DNA of 32,000 bases from Candidatus Methylomirabilis oxygeniifera. Lineage in GTDB: Bacteria; Methylomirabilota; Methylomirabilia; Methylomirabilales; Methylomirabilaceae. Within the stretch, counting starts at the first letter, position 1; every line of letters begins with the position of its first letter. Positions 9,171 to 18,330 of the stretch are shown here, piece by piece. The notes beneath the pieces were generated by a model. The model made no database searches. It was not told where the DNA came from and was given only the letters and a program-made list of their open reading frames with translations. A program made the position numbers and the translations under genes. The stretch lies in contig FP565575.1 in assembly GCA_000091165.1 (NCBI GenBank), positions 780,001 to 812,000 of the forward strand, read 5' to 3'.

Positions 9171-10439
9171 GTGTGTGTGATGACAGGGAGTCCTGTGATC
9201 TCAACCCATAATGTCGTTCGAGAACGTATGGATACTTTTATCGTCGTATGCGATAGGGACATTAAGCTACTACGACATTTCTTCTTGAGTTACGAACTCT
9301 TTTTCAGATCACCCGGAAGGATTTATCTCTTTATCTCAAGGAAAGATAAACCTCTGTTAGATCTTGTGCGAAAACCCAAGAATCTTGTGGTGTTGTACAA
9401 AGATGATGTGCCGGACTTGGGCGAAGATGATTTCCGTAATCAGATGTACTTGAAAATGATTGCGGACCGCTATGTGGAAACGGACTGGTTCTGGGTTCCA
9501 GATGCGGACTATCTTATTTGCTCTCCAATTCAAGCCTCTGACTTTATGAGGAGCAAAGTCCATGGCCCCTTGTGGTTTTATCGGAATTGGGATGGTGGTC
9601 CGCCAGAACAATCTTGGCGACAAGGATCCGAGCGGTTTTTGAGAGAAACGATCCCTTTTCTTTTCATGGATGCGGCAGAATATATTATGAATAAAAATAT
9701 ACTGGTCAATTTTAGAGAACTCCATGATCTGGACGACCTGCTGGTTCCTTCTCTAAAGACAAGTGAATTTATTGTGTATGGCGCCTTTGCCCACAGGTTG
9801 TATCACGATTACTATAAATGGATCGATCTTGACAGTGACTCACAAACAAGCTTGGCCTACAAGGTGAACCAGCGCCCACCAACGTATTGCGAACTGGATG
9901 AAGACGTCAATTTATCTTCGATGGGTAGCGCAAAGTATGCGGTTTTCTGGTCTCACTGGGATAAATCCGAGCAGAAAATGGTGGAATTTCTCATTGACGC
10001 ACAGATTCGTGAATTCGGGGAAGTGCGAGTTGAGCCCGACACTCAACCCTTATACCTTGCACTCAAAACTGGCAGCTTATCACGCGATGACTTTATTGCT
10101 ATTGGCGGAGCATATTCGGACGGTTGGGTAAAAACGGAGTCGGCGTTCCATCTTACGGTTCCTATGCCTTGCGAACTTGTACTCAAGCTTGAGGTGCCGT
10201 TGTGTTTGGCGCATAACACAACGAGGTTATCTCTTCAAGCAGACGACACGGTTCGAAATTTTACGTTCACCAAGAGACATCATATGTTGCGCATTCCCCT
10301 TAAGTCAGACATCGATAACATTGTTCGCTTGAATTTCTTCGGGGGGATAGCAGAACCTAACGGTGGGCGAAGATTGTATGCTCAACTTACCCAAATGTTT
10401 GTACAGCCGTATGGCTGGAATCCACTGCGGCGAACCTAA
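9171..10439 (+). CDS. putative glycosyltransferase (DUF6492-like) with C-terminal 'YxDGW' module
   Basis: 422 aa; 'VPDLGEDDFRNQMYLKMIADRYVETDWFWVPDADYLI' (DxD-like) and C-terminal 'GGAYSDGWVKTESAFHL'. The start may be downstream, e.g. at MDTFIVVCDRDIKLLRHFF. Confidence 0.65.
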   Translation: MCVMTGSPVISTHNVVRERMDTFIVVCDRDIKLLRHFFLSYELFFRSPGRIYLFISRKDKPLLDLVRKPKNLVVLYKDDVPDLGEDDFRNQMYLKMIADRYVETDWFWVPDADYLICSPIQASDFMRSKVHGPLWFYRNWDGGPPEQSWRQGSERFLRETIPFLFMDAAEYIMNKNILVNFRELHDLDDLLVPSLKTSEFIVYGAFAHRLYHDYYKWIDLDSDSQTSLAYKVNQRPPTYCELDEDVNLSSMGSAKYAVFWSHWDKSEQKMVEFLIDAQIREFGEVRVEPDTQPLYLALKTGSLSRDDFIAIGGAYSDGWVKTESAFHLTVPMPCELVLKLEVPLCLAHNTTRLSLQADDTVRNFTFTKRHHMLRIPLKSDIDNIVRLNFFGGIAEPNGGRRLYAQLTQMFVQPYGWNPLRRT

Positions 10440-10451
10440 AGGATTCTAAAT

Positions 10452-13259
10452 ATGATGGCATTTTCGATAACACTTCTTTTATTTCTGTATTTCGCGATCG
10501 TTGGTTATGCGATGTTACAAGCATTTCCATCAAGGCTTAAGCCTGCGCTCAACTTACTCATTGCCCCAGCAATCGGTCTGTGCGCGACACTATTGCCGGT
10601 GTTCTACCTTAACCGGTTCGGTATGCCGGTGAAGAGTTTTTCAATATACCTTACTTTAGCTCTTCTTACATTGTCGGCACTTGTCTTATTCAACAATAGA
10701 CCGATCATAGCAAGGCGAAGAGTTGTGGTCGTTTCGGTTTTAGGTCTTCTGATATTGCTGCTGACCTCATGGCCGATGCTGTTCTACGGATTGGATTGGG
10801 TGGCCGTAGGTAATGATGATATGGCGAACTACTGCCTTGCGGCGCAACGGTTCTATCATGAGGGTTTTTTTGATAAGCCGGACATTCTACATATTAAAAA
10901 TGGGTCAAATTACTCGCAGGCATATTGGTTTATGCATGTTGCAGGCGGAGTAAGGCCAGGCAGTGAATTGATGCTTGCATGGGCATGGAGTGTCACCGGC
11001 ATTGAGGCGCCCAGAATCTTTATGTCGGTAATCTCCACATTGCATCTTTGTCTGGCTTTTGCTGTTTCGGGTCTGGCGGCAATGGCAACAAAAAGAAGAC
11101 GGGTATGGCAGATTGCATTGCTGCTATTTGCCATAAACCCACTATCGTCTTGGGGAGTGCATCAACAATTAATTGGTCAGGTTGGAGGCCTCCTGTTGCT
11201 GGTTGTGTCAATAAGCTTACTGTTTCGCGACGCCAGACAATCTACTCCCGGCACAACCATCAGAGGCTTAGTTGTGCCGGTAATGACGATTGGCGGATTG
11301 TTAATCTGGTACCCGGAAGGGTTACCCTTTTTGGGATTGAGCTGGATCATTTTCTTGATTGCAAGCGTGTTGTTTTTGAGGCGTTCCATTCGACCGATTG
11401 TGGTCTATGCCCTAATCCTTGGGGCGCTTGTGATTCTGGCGTTACCTCAATACGGTATCAGCGCCGTTAAATTCATGTTGGCTCAATCGAGATCGGTTGG
11501 AGCAGGAGTAAAAGGTGACCCGACCGGATTATTGTTTCCATATTTTTTGGTTCCAACTGGAATCGCCGCTTTCTGGGGACTTATTCCCGTTCATAGAGGT
11601 ATACCTTCTGAGCCTATAGCCTCCTCGGTTTTTATCGTGGCGCTCACACTTATGTTGTTGCTTGGAAGGCTGCTAGTCAGAGGTATAAAGGAGAAGAACC
11701 CCAGCGCTTGCGTGTTGGTCGTCATGTGCATATTGGCGTTGGCTCTTTACGGAAACATGAACGACTTCGGCTTATATAAGCTTGCCATGTATGCGCAGCC
11801 GTTCGTCATCGCTCTACTGGCATCCTCGTTTCATCAGATCACCCTCAGGCCAATGTGGGTGTTATATCTACTCCTGGTTGTCGTGCTACCCCCTCAGATA
11901 GTTAGCCAATTTTCCTATACGTACAGATCAACAGGAGAAGCACCTGGTAGCGCAGTTGAAATCCAGCACGGATCATCAAAAAAGGTGCTGAGCCAGCTTA
12001 AGACTTTCTTTGAGCGGCTTACCGTAGAATCTTCCAACAAGAACGAACAATTTGTATCGCCGGTTGATAATGTTGTTCTCGCAAAATTGATGGCATTCTA
12101 TTCTCGTGGGTTACAAATCATCTTCACCTCACGAGACTTTTTTGGAGGGATAGCCTCGTTTGCGGATACGCCGGTTCTTTATTCCGAGTATTCTAAGGAC
12201 CGGATGAGAGTCGAATCTTCTTTATATACTGGAAGGAAAATATACCTGGATGGCCAGGAAGTAAATTTCTTTGTGCCATCCGTGCTCAATTCAAGGGCGG
12301 AAGGATTTAGAACTATTGTTGCGTGCAACCAGGGAGCTATTTCGTCGCCTTGTAGTGGTGCGTTACACATTTTAGATTCTAAAGAGACGAGCCCCGTGAG
12401 CTTTATACATTCAGATATTGGCAGCCACTACTACTCGGGCAATAGAAAGAATGCTTCGTTCTTTCAGGCTGAATCGGATATATATTTTCCGGGTGTGTTT
12501 CATTCTTTTGGACGTTATGCGTTAATTCAGGCGCTCGGCGATATTGATAATGCGAGATTCGTATTTGATCTGAGCGGAACGCTTCAGAAGAAACGAGGCG
12601 CGTCGCTCGCAACTGTTACTATCAGCACCGAAAAGACCTCTGCGCCTTTCCGATTTGTTGGCAGAGGATCCGGCCGAATATATAGTGATCCCATTGATCT
12701 GAAGTCATTTGAATACCTGTTGATAGATATGAATATCGTTCCGGAGACATTTCGTAGCAAGAAAACGTTACTCAGATTTGTGTACGGTAGTGACGTATTA
12801 ATCGATATGAGACGTCTTACTCACTTTGTTCGAAAATTTGGAGTACTGGCGAATACGGAGTACCAGGCGCTGAAGCCGCCTCATGCGCTCTCCAAATTCC
12901 CCGCGAATCTCGCTGATCCTGGGCTGGAATATTCCGGCCTCTACGAAGACGGCTGGATTTCCGAACGCTCGTTTTTCGTACTCACCCCCAAGCCGGATAC
13001 TCGCTATCTGGTGATTAAGGGTATGGTGCCGCAGATTGACGCACCAGACTTTCGCAACACGCTAACGGTGAGTATTGATGGTCGGGAAGTCGTCAAACAG
13101 CCCCTTGGCCTTGGTACCTTCGAAGTCAAGGCGCCGGTCTCGGTAAACGGCCAACGTCACCGAATAGATCTTGCCTTCGACCGCTACCAGGTGCTACCTG
13201 GCGCGGATGGACGTCCGACGAGCGGTAAGGTTGCATTCATTGGTTTCACGAGGGATTGA
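10452..13259 (+). CDS. large polytopic membrane protein (glycosyltransferase/polymerase-like) with C-terminal 'YxDGW' module
   Basis: 935 aa; about the first 450 aa are rich in hydrophobic helices; C-terminus 'SGLYEDGWISERSFFVLTPKPDTRYLVIKGMVPQIDAPDF...LTVSIDGREV'. Confidence 0.75.
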   Translation: MMAFSITLLLFLYFAIVGYAMLQAFPSRLKPALNLLIAPAIGLCATLLPVFYLNRFGMPVKSFSIYLTLALLTLSALVLFNNRPIIARRRVVVVSVLGLLILLLTSWPMLFYGLDWVAVGNDDMANYCLAAQRFYHEGFFDKPDILHIKNGSNYSQAYWFMHVAGGVRPGSELMLAWAWSVTGIEAPRIFMSVISTLHLCLAFAVSGLAAMATKRRRVWQIALLLFAINPLSSWGVHQQLIGQVGGLLLLVVSISLLFRDARQSTPGTTIRGLVVPVMTIGGLLIWYPEGLPFLGLSWIIFLIASVLFLRRSIRPIVVYALILGALVILALPQYGISAVKFMLAQSRSVGAGVKGDPTGLLFPYFLVPTGIAAFWGLIPVHRGIPSEPIASSVFIVALTLMLLLGRLLVRGIKEKNPSACVLVVMCILALALYGNMNDFGLYKLAMYAQPFVIALLASSFHQITLRPMWVLYLLLVVVLPPQIVSQFSYTYRSTGEAPGSAVEIQHGSSKKVLSQLKTFFERLTVESSNKNEQFVSPVDNVVLAKLMAFYSRGLQIIFTSRDFFGGIASFADTPVLYSEYSKDRMRVESSLYTGRKIYLDGQEVNFFVPSVLNSRAEGFRTIVACNQGAISSPCSGALHILDSKETSPVSFIHSDIGSHYYSGNRKNASFFQAESDIYFPGVFHSFGRYALIQALGDIDNARFVFDLSGTLQKKRGASLATVTISTEKTSAPFRFVGRGSGRIYSDPIDLKSFEYLLIDMNIVPETFRSKKTLLRFVYGSDVLIDMRRLTHFVRKFGVLANTEYQALKPPHALSKFPANLADPGLEYSGLYEDGWISERSFFVLTPKPDTRYLVIKGMVPQIDAPDFRNTLTVSIDGREVVKQPLGLGTFEVKAPVSVNGQRHRIDLAFDRYQVLPGADGRPTSGKVAFIGFTRD

Positions 13260-13260
13260 T

Positions 13261-13998
13261 ATGAACACAACCACACTTTCGAATTCTTGGCCCAAGTCGC
13301 TTCCGGTACTGAGTGAAGAGCAAGAACGGATTCGTAAAGATTTCATGAATCATTGGCTCGAAGTCTTACCAAATCGCTATGGGTTGATTGAGAAATTCAA
13401 TCACCAATATCCGCTTCGGACGTTAGCCGCTGGAGTCAGAACCCTCGAGATCGGTGCTGGTCTAGGCGCACACCTGCGTTTTGAAAATCTGGAGATACAG
13501 CGAGAATATGTCGCACTTGAATTGCAACCCGAATTGGCAAAGATTATAGATGCCTCCTATCCAGCGGTCCGTGTGGCTGTCGCGGATTGCCAGGAACAGA
13601 TTGATTTCTCAGATGGCCACTTTGATCGGATACTGGCCATTCACGTACTGGAGCACCTGCCCAACCTACCGAAAGCGCTGAACCAGATGCAGCGTTTATT
13701 GAGTCCGACTGGTTTCTTTTCCGTCGTTATTCCCTGTGAGGGTGGGCTGGCGTATAGGATGGCGCGAAATATTTCAGCCCGCCGGATTTTCGAAAAACGT
13801 TATAAGCAGAGTTATGATTGGTTCGTGGCATGCGAACATATCAACTTACCCGATGAGATTCTTTCTGAGCTGCGTTCCCGTTTCTCGATCATCCACCAAG
13901 CGTATTGGCCTCTCGGGATTCCGATTGTCAACTTCAATCTCGCTATAGGGTTAACATTGACGCATCTCACTCCTCCCAAGGCAACGAGTTGCAAATGA
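13261..13998 (+). CDS. class I SAM-dependent methyltransferase
   Basis: ATG at 13261, directly after the preceding stop (track start 13171 would overlap). 'VRTLEIGAGLGAHLRFE', 'HFDRILAIHVLEHLPNLPKALNQMQRLLSPTGFFSVVIP'. Confidence 0.88.
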   Translation: MNTTTLSNSWPKSLPVLSEEQERIRKDFMNHWLEVLPNRYGLIEKFNHQYPLRTLAAGVRTLEIGAGLGAHLRFENLEIQREYVALELQPELAKIIDASYPAVRVAVADCQEQIDFSDGHFDRILAIHVLEHLPNLPKALNQMQRLLSPTGFFSVVIPCEGGLAYRMARNISARRIFEKRYKQSYDWFVACEHINLPDEILSELRSRFSIIHQAYWPLGIPIVNFNLAIGLTLTHLTPPKATSCK

Positions 13999-14936
13999 CC
14001 TCAGATAAGCCAGACCTCTCGGTTGTGGTGCCGGTATATAAAGAAGAGGCGAATGTCCCGCCTTTTCTCGAGCGGCTTGAGGCAGTCCTCAAGCGAATGG
14101 GGGGGTCCTATGAGATTCTCTTCTGTCTTGATCCATCTCCGGATAGGACAGAAGAGGTGATCATGCGGGCTATTGATCGTAATCCGAACATTAAGCTCCT
14201 TGTATTTTCCCGGCGATTCGGCCAGCCGGCGGCCACGATGGCAGGTCTCCTGATGTGCCATGGAGCGAGCTGCGCGGTGATTGATGTGGACTTGCAGGAT
14301 CCTCCCGAATTGATCGGCGACATGTACAAGAAGCTCCTGGATGGGTACGAGGTGGTATATGCCAAGAGACGATCGCGCAAAGGCGAGACCCTGATAAAAC
14401 GCATAGTGGCGAGAATGGGATACTGGCTGATTGCCAGGCTGAGCGACGTGGAGATCCCGCGTGATACGGGTGATTTCCGCATCATGACGCGCCGGGTGAT
14501 CGAGGAGTTGCGACGTTTGAATGAGATGCACGGGTTTCTACGTGGGCTGGTGGCATATGTGGGGTTTAGGCAGACGTTCATAGAGTACGATCGCGACGAA
14601 CGGGCTCATGGGCAGGGTAATTACAATCGCTTTGTGGGTTCGCTGAAGATCGGGCTCAACGGTCTCATTAGCTTCAGCAGCAAGCCTTTGCAGTTGATGT
14701 CCATCACCGGCGCTCTGTTCGCCGGATTCAGTTTTCTGTTGGGTGCCTGGTATGTTTTACAGAAGCTGATCGGCGTTGCGCTTACGCCCGGACTGTCCAC
14801 CACCGTACTGGTCGTCTCGTTTTTTGCAGGAATACAGCTTCTATCTCTGGGACTCATGGGAGAGTACATCGGACGGATCTACGACGAGGTCAAGCGTCGC
14901 CCGATGTTTATCATCGATCGAAAAATCAATTTCTGA
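13995..14936 (+). CDS. family 2 glycosyltransferase with C-terminal TM helices (GtrB/DPM1-like)
   Basis: ATG at 13995 overlaps the previous stop (ATGA). 'PDLSVVVPVYKEEANVPPFLERLE', 'AVIDVDLQDPPE', 'PRDTGDFRIMTRRV', then two hydrophobic helices. Confidence 0.9.
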   Translation: MTSDKPDLSVVVPVYKEEANVPPFLERLEAVLKRMGGSYEILFCLDPSPDRTEEVIMRAIDRNPNIKLLVFSRRFGQPAATMAGLLMCHGASCAVIDVDLQDPPELIGDMYKKLLDGYEVVYAKRRSRKGETLIKRIVARMGYWLIARLSDVEIPRDTGDFRIMTRRVIEELRRLNEMHGFLRGLVAYVGFRQTFIEYDRDERAHGQGNYNRFVGSLKIGLNGLISFSSKPLQLMSITGALFAGFSFLLGAWYVLQKLIGVALTPGLSTTVLVVSFFAGIQLLSLGLMGEYIGRIYDEVKRRPMFIIDRKINF

Positions 14937-14952
14937 GAGTGGAGATCAGCGC

Positions 14953-15909
14953 TTGCGTTACTTCGTTACAGGAGCGGCCGGCTTTATCGGGAGCAACCTG
15001 ATAGATCGATTACTTCTCGATGGCCATGAGGTAGTGGGTTACGATAATTTCTCTACTGGGCAGCCAGAGTTTCTGGCGGGGGCACAGCAGTCGACCTTTT
15101 TCAACCTCGTGTCTGGCGATACACTCGATCAGGAGTATTTGATTCGGGCAATGAAGGGCGCAGATTTTGTCGTCCATCTGGCAGCCAATGCGGATGTGCG
15201 TTTCGGTATGGACCACCCGCGTAAGGACTTAGAACACAATACGATTGCCACCTTCAATGTATTGGAAGCAATGCGCGCCAATGATATTCGCCGAATTGCC
15301 TTTTCTTCCACAGGCTCCATTTACGGTGAGCCGGACATCTTTCCTACACCCGAAGACGCACCCTTCCCCATCCAAACATCGCTCTATGGCGCGTCCAAGT
15401 TGGCCGCTGAAGGGCTGATTGCAGCTTACTGTGAAGGATTTGGTTTTCAGGGGTATATCTTTCGCTTCGTGTCCATCTTGGGCGAACGTTACACGCACGG
15501 ACATGTCTTTGACTTTTACAAGCAACTGCGCGACCATCCCGACACACTACACGTGCTGGGGAACGGCAAGCAACGCAAGTCATACCTGTACGTGCGGGAT
15601 TGTATTGACGCCATGCTTCTAGCGATCGAGCAGGCGCAAGGCAAGATCAACATTTTCAATCTGGGTACAGACGAATATTGTCAGGTGAATGATTCTATCG
15701 GCTGGATTTGCGAATACTTGGGCATTTCTCCGCACCTCATATATGCAGGCGGTGAACGCGGATGGGTGGGGGACAGCCCGTTCATCTTTCTGGACTGCTC
15801 AAGAATCAGGGCGTTAGGCTGGAGGCCACAGTTGACCATTCGTGAGGGTATTATTAGAACGTTGCAATACTTGGAACAGAATCCATCGACTCTGGAACGA
15901 CGGCACTAG
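14953..15909 (+). CDS. NAD-dependent epimerase/dehydratase (UDP-glucose 4-epimerase-like)
   Basis: TTG at 14953; 'LRYFVTGAAGFIGSNLIDRLL', 'SSTGSIYGEP', 'YGASKLAAE' (YxxxK). Confidence 0.88.
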   Translation: MRYFVTGAAGFIGSNLIDRLLLDGHEVVGYDNFSTGQPEFLAGAQQSTFFNLVSGDTLDQEYLIRAMKGADFVVHLAANADVRFGMDHPRKDLEHNTIATFNVLEAMRANDIRRIAFSSTGSIYGEPDIFPTPEDAPFPIQTSLYGASKLAAEGLIAAYCEGFGFQGYIFRFVSILGERYTHGHVFDFYKQLRDHPDTLHVLGNGKQRKSYLYVRDCIDAMLLAIEQAQGKINIFNLGTDEYCQVNDSIGWICEYLGISPHLIYAGGERGWVGDSPFIFLDCSRIRALGWRPQLTIREGIIRTLQYLEQNPSTLERRH

Positions 15910-15919
15910 ACTCGTCTCT

Positions 15920-16825
15920 ATGTCCCAATATTCGGATCAGTATCATATGACAGCGCATGGAAACTCTTTGGCTGGGAAAGCCGCTGTTATCACTGGTGCA
16001 TCACGGGGCCTGGGGGCGGACATTGCGCGCGCGTTGTGGCGGAATAGATCGAACCTTTTACTCGTCGCTAGATCACAAGATGGATTGATTAAGCTACGTG
16101 AAGAGTTGATAGCCGACGCGGAGGATGGACAGGAATTACATATCGTCGTGGCTGATCTGATGGCGGCGGATGCCGTTCCGGCAATCATCCGTGAAGCTCG
16201 TCAAGTGTGGGACAGGATTGATGTCCTTATCAATAACGCCGCGATCCTTGGGCCGATAGGTAGGGTCTGGGAAAACGATTGGCAGGAATGGCAGACGACA
16301 GTCCGCGTCAATTTATTGTCATCTATTGAACTCTGTCGCGCCTGCATCCCGTGGATGGCGGAGCGCAAATACGGTAAGATTATCAATTTGTCGGGCGGTG
16401 GAGCAACCGGCCCGCGGCCGAACTTCTCCGCATACGCAACAGCTAAGGCGGGCCTGATCAGGTTCAGTGAGACGCTTGCGATGGAAGTTCGCGACCTGAA
16501 TATTGACGTCAATTGTGTGGCGCCTGGAATGATGAATACTGCGATGACCAGGGCAGTTCTGAACGCTGGACCTGAAAAAGCCGGGGCGACAGAATATACT
16601 CAGGCAACCAGCAAGTCCGAAAGTGCCAGGCCGGATACGCATCGTGCGGCCGATCTGTGCGTTTTCCTTGCTTCCACAGCCAGCGATGGGATTACGGGAA
16701 AATTGATCAGCGCGGTATGGGATCCGTGGGAAACGCTTCCGGACCATATTGAGGACTTGAAGGACGCAGATATTTATACCCTACGCCGGATTGTGCCCAA
16801 GGATCGCGGCCAGGACTGGGGATGA
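15920..16825 (+). CDS. short-chain dehydrogenase/reductase
   Basis: ATG at 15920; 'GKAAVITGASRGLGADIARAL', 'NNAAILG', 'YATAKAGLIRFSE'. Confidence 0.9.
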   Translation: MSQYSDQYHMTAHGNSLAGKAAVITGASRGLGADIARALWRNRSNLLLVARSQDGLIKLREELIADAEDGQELHIVVADLMAADAVPAIIREARQVWDRIDVLINNAAILGPIGRVWENDWQEWQTTVRVNLLSSIELCRACIPWMAERKYGKIINLSGGGATGPRPNFSAYATAKAGLIRFSETLAMEVRDLNIDVNCVAPGMMNTAMTRAVLNAGPEKAGATEYTQATSKSESARPDTHRAADLCVFLASTASDGITGKLISAVWDPWETLPDHIEDLKDADIYTLRRIVPKDRGQDWG

Positions 16826-16826
16826 G

Positions 16827-17804
16827 ATGAACGTTGCCATCGTCGGGTGTGGGTTAATCGGGCGCAAGCGCGCTATGGCTCTGACGGGTTGTCGGCTGGT
16901 CGCGTGCGCAGACGTTGTGGTGGAGCACGCAGAAGCGCTCGCCAGGACGATACCCGGGACCCAACCCATGACCGATTGGCGTGCATTGGTTGAACGGCAG
17001 GATGTGGATGCGGTCATCGTTTCTACTACCCACAATGCGCTGGCGGACATTACGCTGGCGGCTGTCTTGGCGGGCAAACACGTGCTTGTTGAGAAGCCTG
17101 CGGCGCACCATGCTGCGGAACTCGATCCTGTCATTGATGCGGCGGAACGTGCACAGATACTGGTGCGGGTCGGATTCAACCACCGGTATCATCCCGCTCT
17201 GCGTCAGGCGAAAGCACTTGCTGAGACCGGAGCGATTGGTGAACTTCTGTACGTGCGAGGGCGTTACGGGCACGGGGGGCGCCTCGGATATGAAAAGGAG
17301 TGGCGGGCTGATCCAGCCTTGTCGGGCGGTGGCGAGCTGATTGATCAGGGCGTCCATTTGGTTGACTTGGCCCGGTGGTTCTTGGGCGATTTCACAGACG
17401 TACACGGATTCGCTCAGACGTACTACTGGGATATGCCTGTCGAAGACAACGGTTTTATGCTCCTCAGGACGGCTAAGCAACAGGTTGCGATGCTGCACGC
17501 CAGTTGGACGGAATGGAAGAATCTCTTTTCGTTTGAGATATTCGGGCGTCAGGGGAAATTGGAGATTACCGGACTGGGCGGGAGCTACGGCACGGAGCGA
17601 CTGACGCATTATCGGATGCTCCCCGACATGGGACCGCCCGAGACGACGATATGGGAATATCCCAGGGCCGACACTTCCTGGGACGGCGAATTCACAGAGT
17701 TTGTGGAAGATATTCGTTGCGGACGCCAACCGGCCGCAAGTCTGGCGGACGCACGGGCCGCGTTAGACATTGTCCAACGCATCTATGCTGCATCTGGCGT
17801 ATAA
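16827..17804 (+). CDS. Gfo/Idh/MocA family oxidoreductase
   Basis: ATG at 16827; 'MNVAIVGCGLIGRKRAMAL', 'GKHVLVEKPAAH' (EKP), 'GGELIDQGVHLVDL'. Confidence 0.92.
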   Translation: MNVAIVGCGLIGRKRAMALTGCRLVACADVVVEHAEALARTIPGTQPMTDWRALVERQDVDAVIVSTTHNALADITLAAVLAGKHVLVEKPAAHHAAELDPVIDAAERAQILVRVGFNHRYHPALRQAKALAETGAIGELLYVRGRYGHGGRLGYEKEWRADPALSGGGELIDQGVHLVDLARWFLGDFTDVHGFAQTYYWDMPVEDNGFMLLRTAKQQVAMLHASWTEWKNLFSFEIFGRQGKLEITGLGGSYGTERLTHYRMLPDMGPPETTIWEYPRADTSWDGEFTEFVEDIRCGRQPAASLADARAALDIVQRIYAASGV

Positions 17805-17837
17805 CTGTAATAATAGAACGTCTGGGAGGTTTACACC

Positions 17838-18038
17838 ATGCTGAGCACTTTGAAAATGGAAGTACATTCTGCCGCAATCATTGCAGCGGTCAAGAGAATG
17901 AAGAAGGATGAGCGAGAGGCGTTTTTGGAAGACCTGTTGGCATCAACATCACCTGAGTATCTCGCAAGTATCAAAGAAGCTCGGCAACAATACAAAGCCC
18001 GAAAAGTGCGCACCCATGAAGAGGTCTTTGGCCGGTGA
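17838..18038 (+). CDS. putative antitoxin partner of a RelE/ParE-like toxin
   Basis: 66 aa charged small protein ending 'KARKVRTHEEVFGR', overlapping the downstream toxin start by 4 nt (GTGA). Confidence 0.6.
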   Translation: MLSTLKMEVHSAAIIAAVKRMKKDEREAFLEDLLASTSPEYLASIKEARQQYKARKVRTHEEVFGR

Positions 18039-18292
18039 TCTACCGGCTGGTTTACACTCAAAGGGCTGCGATAGACATTCAACGACTGGATCCGAAAACG
18101 AAGGAACGCGTGAGGAAAGCTCTGAGCCGATATCAAAGTGACCCGCTGAGCTATGCGGACAAATTGACGGATTCCAAACTCGGCTCCTACCGTTTTCGGA
18201 TAGGAGATTATAGAGTCGTCTTCGATCTCGAAGGAGATGAGATCGTAGTTTTGAGAATTGGACATCGAAGAGAGATTTACAGACGAGGGTAG
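18035..18292 (+). CDS. RelE/ParE-family toxin
   Basis: 85 aa; 'YRLVYTQRAAIDIQRLDPKTKERVRKAL...KLGSYRFRIGDYRVVFDLEGDEIVVLRIGHRREIYRR'. Confidence 0.88.
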   Translation: MIYRLVYTQRAAIDIQRLDPKTKERVRKALSRYQSDPLSYADKLTDSKLGSYRFRIGDYRVVFDLEGDEIVVLRIGHRREIYRRG

Positions 18293-18330
18293 ATCCGCGT
18301 TTCGTTGCCGGTCTATGGAGTCGTGAGACT

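Noticed and set aside
13171-13260. Track start of the methyltransferase at 13171
   Set aside because: Would overlap the C-terminal module of the upstream gene by 89 nt. ATG at 13261 directly after the stop gives a normal N-terminus.
14776-14952. N-terminal extension of the epimerase ORF from 14776
   Set aside because: Overlaps the upstream GT2 gene; the Rossmann motif LRYFVTGAAGFIG begins at TTG 14953.
16791-16826. Extended start of the Gfo/Idh ORF
   Set aside because: The canonical MNVAIVGCGLIG begins at ATG 16827, 1 bp after the SDR stop.
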